In this document: one piece after another, positions 22,501 to 31,132 of the stretch | Numbering within the stretch: the stretch's first letter is position 1 | Layout of the letters: each line of letters begins with the position of its first letter | Assembly (NCBI GenBank): GCA_902800025.1 | Contig: CADCDA010000003.1 | Coordinates: 102,372-166,371, forward strand | DNA: 64,000 nucleotides | Direction of reading: 5' to 3' | DNA from: an uncultured Erysipelotrichaceae bacterium | GTDB taxonomy: Bacteria > Bacillota_I > Bacilli_A > RFN20 > CAG-826 | Translations under genes and position numbers: made by a program | The notes under the pieces: generated by a model | Database searches by the model: none | What the model saw: only the letters and a program-made list of their open reading frames with translations | What the model was told of the DNA's origin: nothing

Positions 22501-22581
22501 AGAGATTAAATAGTTCTCACCTTTCGCAGTTATTGCTCTTTCTTGTTCAGGAGAAAATTTCATTTTTTCACTCATCTTCAT
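19516..22581 (-). CDS. addA: ATP-dependent helicase/nuclease subunit A (AddA/RexA; UvrD-like helicase plus C-terminal RecB-type nuclease)
   Basis: Walker A AGAGSGKTAVLTER, UvrD-family helicase motifs, and a C-terminal GYIDALI…IDIVDFKLK nuclease motif. 1021 aa. Overlaps addB by 14 nt. Confidence 0.85.
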   Translation of the reverse strand: MKMSEKMKFSPEQERAITAKGENYLISAGAGSGKTAVLTERIYRIAKEEKTLDKFLVLTFTNLAAAEMKNRVRNKLLDDEETISMATEVDNAHIETFDSFSLYLAKKYFYELGISKDISIIDNSILTIKRKTLLEDVLEELYVKEDKDFLMLVDNYVSKNDDSLKDFIIKILETGDKKADNYAFFNHLKDDFYTNEMVAFSINELMKEINDNIEFLYEKAQELEDIDDVDQILEHLDKLLIINDYDELYRVLSDKDASKFPTKPRKSEATDGEYRTKIADFYNKKIKINKDNDYGNKEDIVRQYLETKPFVTKILEIVIEVEKRLDDFKKEHNAYSFGDISRLVLRLLNNKVIRQEISEHFDYIMVDEYQDTNDIQETVISSISRNNVYMVGDVKQSIYRFRGADCHIFQEKYEKYRNGEDGKEIDLNTSYRSRKEVVDFVNDLFSQIMKKSINAIDYSNGHHFEFGRTEYEDNKPDCNYMPEVYSYEYEKAKDALNIEINIIIKDILSKIHNRYQVYDGKKKAPRDCGFKDFAIIIDRGGSFDDYRREFTKANIPIKVESKELLFKSDVALVVKNLVKMLYYALNSEYESEYKHAFFSVARSFLFEYHDDVLYEIHKNNSFLKESFAQKIELIKERLRFAPIKKVLNTLYEEFDIYSAISKITQYYPNTHKLEHLLTLSESMDALNYTLEDFVTYFDDLNKMDQDIDYSDSDSQENSITLINIHKSKGLEYPIIYYPGLNKDFNRQDIFTSFLLSETYGAVIPSSTEEKSSLFIHLIKEELKKADFEEKIRLLYVAITRAKEKIILLNGNKGSTEKFTKPTNSKNMQEILSISDVLTKYSSAFTSENVEITANESEKVTSKVVLRKINVPAKEVVKLRASKEVDSDVDESLLSFGNELHAYLEKMDLKTKSLDYVKNRQMRKYVYNVMNSSLFKDIDNSQVRHEYRFYDEENNVQGYIDALIIKENEIDIVDFKLKNIDEIEYDKQLKVYKSYLSKKTSLPIKMYLLAAITGEIREVHDE

Positions 22582-24868
22582 TTTCCTCCTTGCTTAAGAA
22601 ATTGCCTTGATTTTTCAATCTCACAAAGCAGACATCTTTATAGTTACAGTACTCACAAGCATAGTTTCTGTCATTAATGAAATATGGATTAATTGGGAAG
22701 TTGTTATTTCTTAAATTGTTGTCCATATTCAAATAGAGTTCTTTGACTGTGATTTTGTATTCTTCAAAGGCTAAATCAGACACTAATGAAGCACCATTTC
22801 TTAAACTACCATCAGTTTTTATTGATACTCCATTTATGAAGGATGATTTGCCGTCTATAATGGTTGGATCAATCTTTTTAATAACATCAAAATTCCCTAT
22901 GGTTTTTCCGTTTAATTTTAGATAGCTTGGAATGAGCTCATCATCCTCTTGTTCGACCTTAATTGATTTAGTTAAAACATTGTTGATATATAAACCAGCA
23001 AGAACATAATCTTTAAACTTTTTATCATTAGAAGTTAATAGTCCATAAGTTGGTAACTGGGTATATAATCCGTTTTTTATATATGCATCTTCAAACTTAG
23101 TGTTTCCTGTTTTATAGTCGATACAAATTAGGTATTCATTATTGATGGTAACGAGGTTATCGATTCTACCAGTGATACTTGTTTTATCAGATAAAAAATA
23201 ATTTAAAGAATACTCGTTATAGATATGCGGGTTTGTGTAATACTCTTCTCTTTTCTTAATTGCCTTAATCGCTTCTTTAATTTGATTCTTTACATTATGA
23301 GTGAGGATATATCTTTCGCTTGGCTTTAGCTCAATTAAAGCGACTTTTGAGTCGAATTCCTTATCAAAATCAAAGTTTTCATCTCGGCAACGTTCAATTA
23401 AATCATGAGTAAGATTGCCTAAAGAAAGCGCATATGTTGTTTCAAAATCGTCGAGTTTTACCACTTTGGAAAGATAGTATTGGAACGGACATCTTGAATA
23501 TAAATCTAAAGAAGAAGTTGAGAGTTCGATTTTTGAATTTGAGTCATACACTTTTGCTTTATAAGTATAGGTGTTTGAATATGAATTATAATCGATAGAA
23601 ATGACATCTCTAATCTTGTAATATTCTTCCCCACGTTCTCTATAGAAGTTTTCTAAATCCTTAAGGTTTGCATATATGAGTTTTAAAACTTCTCCAGAAT
23701 AAAATTCATCTCTGATAATTGGTTTGCTTTCAACAAGTTTTATTTTCTTTACGATCGGAGAAAGATAACACTCTCCATCCTTATTTCTTTTGCTAAATGA
23801 AAAATAGAACGTATTATTTGATTTAAACAGTTCAAGTAAAGATGATTCATCAATCCTTGTTTTGTCTTTAGAGTTTAACCTATTTATTGAATGAAGTTCA
23901 TCATCACTCAAATAATGATCATCTTTATACATTTTTGGGTAATATCCTTGAGCGAATCCCAAAACAAAGACGTTCTTATTCTCAATATACAAATCGCCTG
24001 AAGCGACATTAATCACATTGTCATATCTGACATTTTTAACTTTTGTTTCTTTGAATTTATTGATGAAATAATCGAGTTGGATGCCACTATTAACATCTTC
24101 TAAACGATTGTTATTAACGATATCAAGAATGTCTAGATATTGCGGGTCGTCGCCCATCATTTCTTTAAGCTGTTCTAAGGAAACATCAATATCATTATTT
24201 TCTTTATATAACTTAATAAATAATTTAGCCCCACCAGTGGAATAATAAGATTCACTTGAGTCTAGATTGATTTGATAACAAAAAGAAGGAGCAAATTTAT
24301 TTAGATAATAATCATAAACACTATTTCTTCTATAAATATATATATCTTTGATCGAAGTTCCTTTATCAATCAAAGCAGCGATTTCATTCAAAACGAAATA
24401 TACTTCATCTTCAATCTTTTCAAAATCCCATAATTCAAATGAATGAGAAATGTCATTAGAGATATATTTATATCTTATATTTAAATTATTTAAATAAGTA
24501 GTAAGTTCAAAGTCATCTCTTGAATAGCCGATTATTTCTGCTTCATCAAACCTTAAATCATTATTTAAAGGATCAATAAGTAGATCATTCTTCTTTAGCT
24601 CTTCTCTTAATTGATATAGAAAATGTTTCTTTGGGTTAGAGGAATCGTTTGTGACATATAAAATATCTTGAAGATACCCTTTTGCGACTTCATAAGAATA
24701 TCCTTTATTTTTTAAAAGATATAAAAGTGTTTCTTCATTTATCAAAGGATAGACATATCTTCTTAAATCTTCTTTAGAATAAATCTTCACATCCAAAAAC
24801 AAATCATCTTTCCTGATTTTTGTAAGTAATGATAAATGAATATTCTTAGGCGCAATGATGACTTTCAT
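22568..24868 (-). CDS. addB: ATP-dependent helicase/nuclease subunit B (AddB/RexB), compact 766-aa form
   Basis: Nuclease motif ICIDYKTGN and the Fe-S cluster cysteines RCPFQYY…CEYCNYKDVC (CxxCx5C) typical of AddB. Sits upstream of addA. Confidence 0.75.
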   Translation of the reverse strand: MKVIIAPKNIHLSLLTKIRKDDLFLDVKIYSKEDLRRYVYPLINEETLLYLLKNKGYSYEVAKGYLQDILYVTNDSSNPKKHFLYQLREELKKNDLLIDPLNNDLRFDEAEIIGYSRDDFELTTYLNNLNIRYKYISNDISHSFELWDFEKIEDEVYFVLNEIAALIDKGTSIKDIYIYRRNSVYDYYLNKFAPSFCYQINLDSSESYYSTGGAKLFIKLYKENNDIDVSLEQLKEMMGDDPQYLDILDIVNNNRLEDVNSGIQLDYFINKFKETKVKNVRYDNVINVASGDLYIENKNVFVLGFAQGYYPKMYKDDHYLSDDELHSINRLNSKDKTRIDESSLLELFKSNNTFYFSFSKRNKDGECYLSPIVKKIKLVESKPIIRDEFYSGEVLKLIYANLKDLENFYRERGEEYYKIRDVISIDYNSYSNTYTYKAKVYDSNSKIELSTSSLDLYSRCPFQYYLSKVVKLDDFETTYALSLGNLTHDLIERCRDENFDFDKEFDSKVALIELKPSERYILTHNVKNQIKEAIKAIKKREEYYTNPHIYNEYSLNYFLSDKTSITGRIDNLVTINNEYLICIDYKTGNTKFEDAYIKNGLYTQLPTYGLLTSNDKKFKDYVLAGLYINNVLTKSIKVEQEDDELIPSYLKLNGKTIGNFDVIKKIDPTIIDGKSSFINGVSIKTDGSLRNGASLVSDLAFEEYKITVKELYLNMDNNLRNNNFPINPYFINDRNYACEYCNYKDVCFVRLKNQGNFLSKEENEDE

Positions 24869-24904
24869 ACACTAATATTATATAGTTAAAGTCTATAAAA
24901 AATC

Positions 24905-24935
24905 AAATAGGGGTACTACCCCTATTTGTTTTATT
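24905..24935 (-). terminator. intrinsic terminator after glpK
   Basis: ATAGGGGtactaCCCCTAT with T-rich flank. Confidence 0.55.
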
Positions 24936-24956
24936 TTTGAAATATTGTTTGTTTTT

Positions 24957-26432
24957 TTACTTAAACATTCTTGTCACTGAAACAGCTTTTTTCCAACCGT
25001 TATAAAGCTTTTCTCTTTCCTCTTCATCCATATTTGGGGTAAAGAGTTTTTGGCAGTGATGAATGCTCTTAATATGATCGAGATTCTTATAGTATTTACT
25101 AGATAATCCTGCTAAGAATGCTGCACCTAATGCTGTAGTTTGTAAACACTCTGGTAAATCAATTTTTGTATCTAAGATATTACTTTGGAATTGCATTAAG
25201 AAATTATTCGCGGTTGCTCCACCATCAACCTTTAAGGTTGGGATAGATAAACCAGTTTCACTCTTCATGACTTCAAAGACATCTTTACATTGATAGGCAA
25301 CTGATTCTAAAGCTGCTCTAACAAAGTGACGTTTATCAGTGTTTCTTGTTAAACCAAAGACTGCACCGCGAGCGTCATCATCCCAATATGGTGTTCCTAA
25401 ACCAACGAATGCAGGAACGATATAAACTCCGTGTGGATCACGGCAATCCATAGCAAGTGCTTCACTATCTGAAGAATGCGCAATAAGTCCCATCTTATCT
25501 CTTAACCATTGGACAACTGCGCCACCAATAAATACCGACCCTTCTAAAGCATAGGTAACTTTGTTACCAATCTTCCAACCAACTGTGGTAATAAGACCTT
25601 TTTCAGAGTAAGTGAGTTTTTCGCCAGTGTTCATTAACATGAAGCAACCAGTTCCGTATGTATTTTTACTTTCACCTTCTTCAAAACATGCTTGTCCAAA
25701 TAAAGCGGCTTGTTGGTCACCCGCAACACCATGGATATGGACATCTTTAGAGAAGAATGAAGCAACACCGTAATCGTAAGAAGAAGGTAAAATTTTTGGA
25801 AGCATCTTCATTGGAACATTAAATAATTTACATAGTTCTTCATCCCAACTTAGTGTTTCAATGTTCATTAACATTGTTCTACTTGCATTACTGACGTCTG
25901 TAGCATGAACTTTGCCTCTAGTCATACGGTAAATAATCCAAGAATCGATTGTACCAAAAAGAAGTTCGCCTTTTTCCGCTCTTTCTTGAGCACCTGGATT
26001 ATGTTCTAAAATAAATCTAATTTTTGACGCCGAGAAATATGGATTAATTAATAATCCAGTTTTCTTATGGATAAATTCTTTTTTATCTTCAAAGCGATCA
26101 CAGATCTCTGCAGATTGTCTTGATTGCCAAACAATTGCGTTGCAGATTGGCATACCAGTTTCTTTATCCCAAACAACTGCGGTTTCTCTTTGATTGGTGA
26201 TACCGATAGAATCGATACTATCCCAAGAAATGTTTTGCTTAACCAAAACAGCGTTTACTACACTGATAACACTAACCCAAATATTTAAAGCATCTGTTTC
26301 GACCCAACCAGAATGTGGGAAAGAGCAGAAGGCTTCTTCTTGGACCATATTAACAACAACACCATTCTTATCGATAAGAAGTGCGCGTGTGGAAGTCGTT
26401 CCTTGGTCAATTGATAAAATGAATTTTTCCAT
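24957..26432 (-). CDS. glpK: glycerol kinase
   Basis: 491 aa that can be aligned by eye along its full length to GlpK (ILSIDQGTTSTRALL…GTGCFMLMNTG…). Confidence 0.95.
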   Translation of the reverse strand: MEKFILSIDQGTTSTRALLIDKNGVVVNMVQEEAFCSFPHSGWVETDALNIWVSVISVVNAVLVKQNISWDSIDSIGITNQRETAVVWDKETGMPICNAIVWQSRQSAEICDRFEDKKEFIHKKTGLLINPYFSASKIRFILEHNPGAQERAEKGELLFGTIDSWIIYRMTRGKVHATDVSNASRTMLMNIETLSWDEELCKLFNVPMKMLPKILPSSYDYGVASFFSKDVHIHGVAGDQQAALFGQACFEEGESKNTYGTGCFMLMNTGEKLTYSEKGLITTVGWKIGNKVTYALEGSVFIGGAVVQWLRDKMGLIAHSSDSEALAMDCRDPHGVYIVPAFVGLGTPYWDDDARGAVFGLTRNTDKRHFVRAALESVAYQCKDVFEVMKSETGLSIPTLKVDGGATANNFLMQFQSNILDTKIDLPECLQTTALGAAFLAGLSSKYYKNLDHIKSIHHCQKLFTPNMDEEEREKLYNGWKKAVSVTRMFK

Positions 26433-26446
26433 GATAAGTTTTTCCT

Positions 26447-27727
26447 TTATTTTCTATTTCTTAAAAGTCTTTCAATATCGTCGATTTCTTTTTTAATTCC
26501 TCTAGAGAGGCATCTACTACCATTTTCAGTGACTAAAACATCATCTTCAATACGAACTCCAATACCTTTATCTACAAAGTAGAGTCCTGGTTCAACTGTA
26601 ATAACATTGCCCGCTTTTAAAGGACGTTTACGGTCACCAACATCGTGAGTGTCTAAACCCAAGAAGTGAGAAACATTATGAATATAGACTTTTGAGATTT
26701 CTTCTTCACTCTCAATTAATTTTAATCTCAAAGCTTCTCTTTTTAAAATCGAGATCGCATATTCTTGTAAATCACCAATAGTAAGTCCTGGTTTAACATA
26801 GTTAATAACTTCTTTATTCGCGGTTAAAACTGCTTCATACACTTTTCTTTGAAGCTCGTTAAATGTTCCGTTAATTGGATAAGTACGAGAAATATCCGCA
26901 CAATAACCATTTTCCTTATATCCTAAGTCGAAAAGGATTAATTCACCTTCTTTAACTTGCCCAACTTGTTGAGTTATTGGGTGATGCAAAATTGTCGCAT
27001 CTTTTCCAACTGCACATATCGTTTCAAACGACAAAGATTTACGACCATGTGTTTTTCCATAATATTCGAAGCGATCACTGAGTTCGTGTTCATACATTCC
27101 AAGTCGATAGCTGGCAAGTAAATCGGTAATACCAGTATTCGTATTATTAATCGCTTCTTCTAATTGACGAACTTCATATTCAGATTTAATTGTTCTTAAA
27201 TCCACTATAAGTGGATAAAGGTTTTGAATAGTTAAACGAGGATATTTTTGTTCGAGTTCTTTCGCATATAACTGAGTGGACAAATTCTTTGTAATCTTGA
27301 GCTCATCTGATAAATCAAGTAATAAAGTGTCAATCATTCCATAAGTGTTATTGTCATTAGATAAAGCCATTTCAAACATCGATAAGAATGTTGAAGTGCT
27401 ATAAACATTATTTAATGATGAGATTTCAATCGCTTCTTCAAAAGATAGTCTTTTGCCAGTCCATCTTTCTTTGATTTCATCGTGATCATCTAAGAAAAGA
27501 TATTGTCTTTTCTCACCTGTGCATTTAATTAACATAAGAACAGAATGTTCTTGTTCAATACCAGTTAGATAGAAGAAATTCCTATTCGCATAAAATGGGA
27601 AGGATTCATCTTCACTTCTAATTTTAGAAACACCAGAAAAGACGAGAGCTACAGAGTTTTCAGGAAGGATTTCAAATAACTTTTGACGTCTAGTTTCAAA
27701 TTCGATCATTTTATTTACCTCCTTCAA
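26447..27727 (-). CDS. pepP: Xaa-Pro aminopeptidase (M24B family)
   Basis: Creatinase N-domain plus M24 catalytic domain with HNVSHFLGLDTHDVG and a metal-ligand pattern. Confidence 0.8.
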   Translation of the reverse strand: MKEVNKMIEFETRRQKLFEILPENSVALVFSGVSKIRSEDESFPFYANRNFFYLTGIEQEHSVLMLIKCTGEKRQYLFLDDHDEIKERWTGKRLSFEEAIEISSLNNVYSTSTFLSMFEMALSNDNNTYGMIDTLLLDLSDELKITKNLSTQLYAKELEQKYPRLTIQNLYPLIVDLRTIKSEYEVRQLEEAINNTNTGITDLLASYRLGMYEHELSDRFEYYGKTHGRKSLSFETICAVGKDATILHHPITQQVGQVKEGELILFDLGYKENGYCADISRTYPINGTFNELQRKVYEAVLTANKEVINYVKPGLTIGDLQEYAISILKREALRLKLIESEEEISKVYIHNVSHFLGLDTHDVGDRKRPLKAGNVITVEPGLYFVDKGIGVRIEDDVLVTENGSRCLSRGIKKEIDDIERLLRNRK

Positions 27728-28535
27728 TCACTGCTTCGGTTATACTTTCAAATTCTGGTAAATCAATATCTTCAATTTGACCATTATCAACTTTAGAAGC
27801 ATTTTCACTGACGAGTGGGAGTTTTCCTAAAACTTTAAAATCGAGTTTCTTAGAGAACTCATCAAGATGAGAATCTCCAAATAGAGGAATCTTTTCATCA
27901 CATTTTGGGCATTTGAGATATGACATATTTTCAACAACACCTAAAACATTGATGTTCATCATTCTCGCCATCTTGATTGCTTTTGTGACGACCATAGACA
28001 CTAAGTCTTGTGGTGAAGTAACAATAATCAAATCATCAATTGGAATCATTTGGAATGTTGTTAAGGCGATATCACCAGTTCCTGGTGGCATATCGATTAA
28101 TAAATAGTCCAATTCATTCCATAAAACATCTTCATAAAATTGTTTGACGAGATTTCCTAACAGGACACCTCTCCAAATAATTGGTTCGCTATCATCATCT
28201 AATAAACAGTTAGCGGACATGATTCTAATATCTGTCTTGGTTTTAAGCGGATAGATAAGATCGTTTTCTCCATATGCTTTTTCTTTAACACCAAAAGCTT
28301 TCGGAATACTTGGTCCTGTCACATCAGCGTCAAGAATACCAACTGTATATCCTTTTCTTTTTAAAGAAACTGCCAAATATGAGGTGATGAAAGATTTACC
28401 AACACCACCCTTACCAGAAAGAACCGCCACTACATGCTTTGCATGAGATAGTTCGTTCATTTTTGCTTTTTGAATCTGTGAACTACAATTGCCGTTTTGG
28501 GCGCAAGTCTCACAGTTATGATCGCAATCTGCCAT
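27711..28535 (-). CDS. apbC: Mrp/NBP35/ApbC-family Fe-S cluster carrier ATPase
   Basis: N-terminal CxxC cysteines (CDHNCETCAQNGNC), deviant Walker A SGKGGVGKS, and CPKCDEK. 274 aa. Confidence 0.85.
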   Translation of the reverse strand: MADCDHNCETCAQNGNCSSQIQKAKMNELSHAKHVVAVLSGKGGVGKSFITSYLAVSLKRKGYTVGILDADVTGPSIPKAFGVKEKAYGENDLIYPLKTKTDIRIMSANCLLDDDSEPIIWRGVLLGNLVKQFYEDVLWNELDYLLIDMPPGTGDIALTTFQMIPIDDLIIVTSPQDLVSMVVTKAIKMARMMNINVLGVVENMSYLKCPKCDEKIPLFGDSHLDEFSKKLDFKVLGKLPLVSENASKVDNGQIEDIDLPEFESITEAVIEGGK

Positions 28536-28547
28536 ATATCAATTCTC

Positions 28548-28931
28548 CTATAATTCAACTAATTCAGCTTTGTTAATAGCTTCAACAGCGCTAGAAACAT
28601 AAGTTCTTAAAAGTCTACCAGCTCCTAATTGAGTTCCACCATAATAACGAACAACAATAATTCCAGTATTATTTAAGTTCTTTTTCATTAGCAACTCTAA
28701 TAGAGGTCTTCCAGCGGTGCCTTTAGGTTCTCTATCATCAGTAGATTTGCTATTCATCCCAATGCGATAAGCGTAAACAACATGCTTCGCTTTGGGGTTA
28801 GCTTTTCTAATTTGCTCTAAACGAACTTTAAAATCATCGACATTAGAAACAGGAAAAATGAATGCTGTAAACTTTGATTTAAGCACTTCGACTAGACCAA
28901 ATGTTTCTTCTTTAATAGTAAATTCGTTCAT
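28548..28931 (-). CDS. YigZ/IMPACT-family N-terminal-domain protein (UPF0029)
   Basis: STDDREPKGTAGRPLLELL matches the IMPACT/YigZ signature (DDGEP-GTAG-P-L). 127 aa. Confidence 0.7.
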   Translation of the reverse strand: MNEFTIKEETFGLVEVLKSKFTAFIFPVSNVDDFKVRLEQIRKANPKAKHVVYAYRIGMNSKSTDDREPKGTAGRPLLELLMKKNLNNTGIIVVRYYGGTQLGAGRLLRTYVSSAVEAINKAELVEL

Positions 28932-29021
28932 TCTTAACTTGTTAAGACTACTAACAATCTATTTTTTAGTGTATTATTTTTCTTATGGAAAATAAAGAGA
29001 ATATTCAAGGAGATATCAAAA

Positions 29022-29771
29022 ATGGACAATAAAAACGGACAAAGCGAAGAGTTATTAAACGCTCAAGAGGCGCCTCTACACGAAATTAAGCTCTGGAAAA
29101 GAATTACGCTTTTCCTCATCGGATTTCTTGGTTTGCATCTTTTTGCCCTCGTCGTTGGAATAATTGTTTCCATCGTCTGTCCGAAAGATTTAGTAAATCC
29201 GGTTACTAATTTAATTTCTTACGGAGTTCTATTCGTGTCGATGATTGCGATTATTGTAGTCGACCTTCCAAAACTTCTATATCATTTCAAAAAATGGAAA
29301 CCATATGTCTTTGGCTTAGCCGGTGCAATCGCTATTGTTTTATTCGAAATCGCATACACGAACATTCTTAACCTATTTTATAAATATCAGTCCAGTGGTA
29401 ACGAAGAGGGAATTAGATCGATTGTACTTGCCTTCCCTGTCGCTTCAGTTTTCATGTTAGGAATTGTTGGACCAATCTGTGAAGAACTCGCGTATCGTGT
29501 TGGTTTATTCGCTTCAATTAGTAAATATCGTAAGTGGCTTGCTTATGTTGTTACTAGTTTAGTTTTTGGTGCGATTCATATCGTTGGAAGCCTTATTACT
29601 GGCGCTAGCGTTTGGAACGAATTAGCCAATCTTCCAGTTTATGTTATTGCTGGATTAGCGTTCTCATTCTTATATGACAAATGGGGTTTTGCCTCTTCTA
29701 CAACTGCTCATATTAGCAATAACTTATACGCTGTTCTTGCTACAATTATTTCAAATTCAATTAAAGGATAA
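29022..29771 (+). CDS. CPBP-family (CAAX/Abi) intramembrane metalloprotease
   Basis: Motifs EELAYRVGLF (EExxxR) and FGAIH (FxxxH) in a polytopic membrane protein. 249 aa. Confidence 0.8.
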   Translation: MDNKNGQSEELLNAQEAPLHEIKLWKRITLFLIGFLGLHLFALVVGIIVSIVCPKDLVNPVTNLISYGVLFVSMIAIIVVDLPKLLYHFKKWKPYVFGLAGAIAIVLFEIAYTNILNLFYKYQSSGNEEGIRSIVLAFPVASVFMLGIVGPICEELAYRVGLFASISKYRKWLAYVVTSLVFGAIHIVGSLITGASVWNELANLPVYVIAGLAFSFLYDKWGFASSTTAHISNNLYAVLATIISNSIKG

Positions 29772-29773
29772 TA

Positions 29774-30673
29774 ATGAAAAAAATCACATTTCTTTCATCT
29801 TTTATATTAAAAATTGTCGCATTAGTGACTATGGCGTTTGATCATTTCGGCTTGATGCTTGAAATGAGCTATCCATATTCGGTAGACATTTTAAAAGTCG
29901 CTGGAACCTTTAGAATTATCGGTCGACTTGCTTTACCGCTATTTGTTTTTATGATTGTGGAAGGTGTTTTGCACACCAAAAACTTCAAAAAATACATTTT
30001 AAGATTAGGAATTATGGCTTTATTAGTCAGTATATTCTTTATGGTTTTAGAATATTCATCATTTAGAGTATACGCTCACGGGCTATTAAGAGCAGGAAAT
30101 ATATTCTTAGATTTAACTTTGGTAGCATTAGCGGTTTACCTATTAAAATCTAACGAAATATGGAAGAAATGTCTTACACTACTACCTGTTGGTTTTGCAG
30201 CGTTGTCTTTCATCGTTAAAGGTATGGAAACAGTTAACGTTATGGACATCCACTGGTTTCCTGCTTTTCTCACATTACAATATGATTTATTCTCTGTTTT
30301 ACTAGGCATTGGATTTTATCTTGCCTATATATTAGGAGATTTATATATAAAAGCCACTGAATCCACCACTGCAATGGACAAATCCATTTGGGAGGCAAAT
30401 GGAAACTATCGCTTATTAGTGAATATCATTTCCGTATTCATGTTAGCTTTCTTTAGTGCTCTTTATTACGCGACCAAATATTTTTGGCCAGGAAGTGTCT
30501 ATTGGGATGCTAACGTTCAACTATTTGCGATAATTTCTGGTGCATTTATTTTGCTTTATAATGGAAAGCGAGGATATAATGCAAAATGGTTCCAGTATGG
30601 ATCATATCTATTTTATCCGCTGCACCTCATCATCATCGCTATCGTATATGTAATCATTAATGGAGGATTATAA
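29774..30673 (+). CDS. TraX-family-like polytopic membrane protein
   Basis: N-terminal LKIVALVTMAFDHFG resembles the TraX signature (…IA.ITM..DHIG.). About 8 TM helices. 299 aa. Confidence 0.45.
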   Translation: MKKITFLSSFILKIVALVTMAFDHFGLMLEMSYPYSVDILKVAGTFRIIGRLALPLFVFMIVEGVLHTKNFKKYILRLGIMALLVSIFFMVLEYSSFRVYAHGLLRAGNIFLDLTLVALAVYLLKSNEIWKKCLTLLPVGFAALSFIVKGMETVNVMDIHWFPAFLTLQYDLFSVLLGIGFYLAYILGDLYIKATESTTAMDKSIWEANGNYRLLVNIISVFMLAFFSALYYATKYFWPGSVYWDANVQLFAIISGAFILLYNGKRGYNAKWFQYGSYLFYPLHLIIIAIVYVIINGGL

Positions 30674-30674
30674 A

Positions 30675-30980
30675 ATGATTAAACACATTGAAACAAAACA
30701 AGAACTCGAAGAATTAATCTCTAAAGGAGATATCTTATTAGATTTCTTTGCCACCTGGTGTGGACCATGCAAAATGCTTTCCCCTGTTTTAGAACAACTC
30801 GATAAAGAAGGCGTTCCATTCCAAATCGTTAAAGTTGACACCGATGAAGCTCCAGATCTTGCTATGGAATATCAAGTTCAAGCAATCCCAACACTTTTGT
30901 TCTTCTCTGAAGGCAAAGTAGTTAATAGAACTATGGGCTATCAAAGAAAAGATCAAATTCTTGATTTTTGTAAGAAATAA
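30675..30980 (+). CDS. trxA: thioredoxin
   Basis: WCGPCK active site. 102 aa from the ATG at 30675 (preceded by GGAGGA). The track ORF starts 15 nt earlier, inside the previous gene. Confidence 0.9.
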   Translation: MIKHIETKQELEELISKGDILLDFFATWCGPCKMLSPVLEQLDKEGVPFQIVKVDTDEAPDLAMEYQVQAIPTLLFFSEGKVVNRTMGYQRKDQILDFCKK

Positions 30981-31027
30981 TATTGATTATTTACACGCGG
31001 ATGTTATAAAATAGCATTCGCTGACAT

Positions 31028-31101
31028 GCAGGTGTAGTTCAATGGTAGAACTTTAGCCTTCCAAGCTAAATACGCGGGTTCGATTCCCGTCACCTGCTCC
31101 A
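31028..31101 (+). tRNA. tRNA-Gly (anticodon UCC), CCA encoded
   Basis: Cloverleaf read by eye: acceptor GCAGGTG/CACCTGC, D-arm GTTCAATGGTAGAAC, anticodon loop CTTCCAA, T-loop GGGTTCGATTCCC. Confidence 0.9.
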
Positions 31102-31111
31102 GATTGATTAT

Positions 31112-31130
31112 AACAGTGCTTTGCACTGTT
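31112..31130. terminator. palindromic hairpin AACAGTGCtttGCACTGTT. A near-identical copy lies at 32473-32491
   Basis: 8-bp stem with a 3-nt loop, followed by TTTTTATT. Terminates tRNA-Gly (plus strand) and the RhuM-like gene (minus strand). Confidence 0.6.
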
Positions 31131-31132
31131 TT

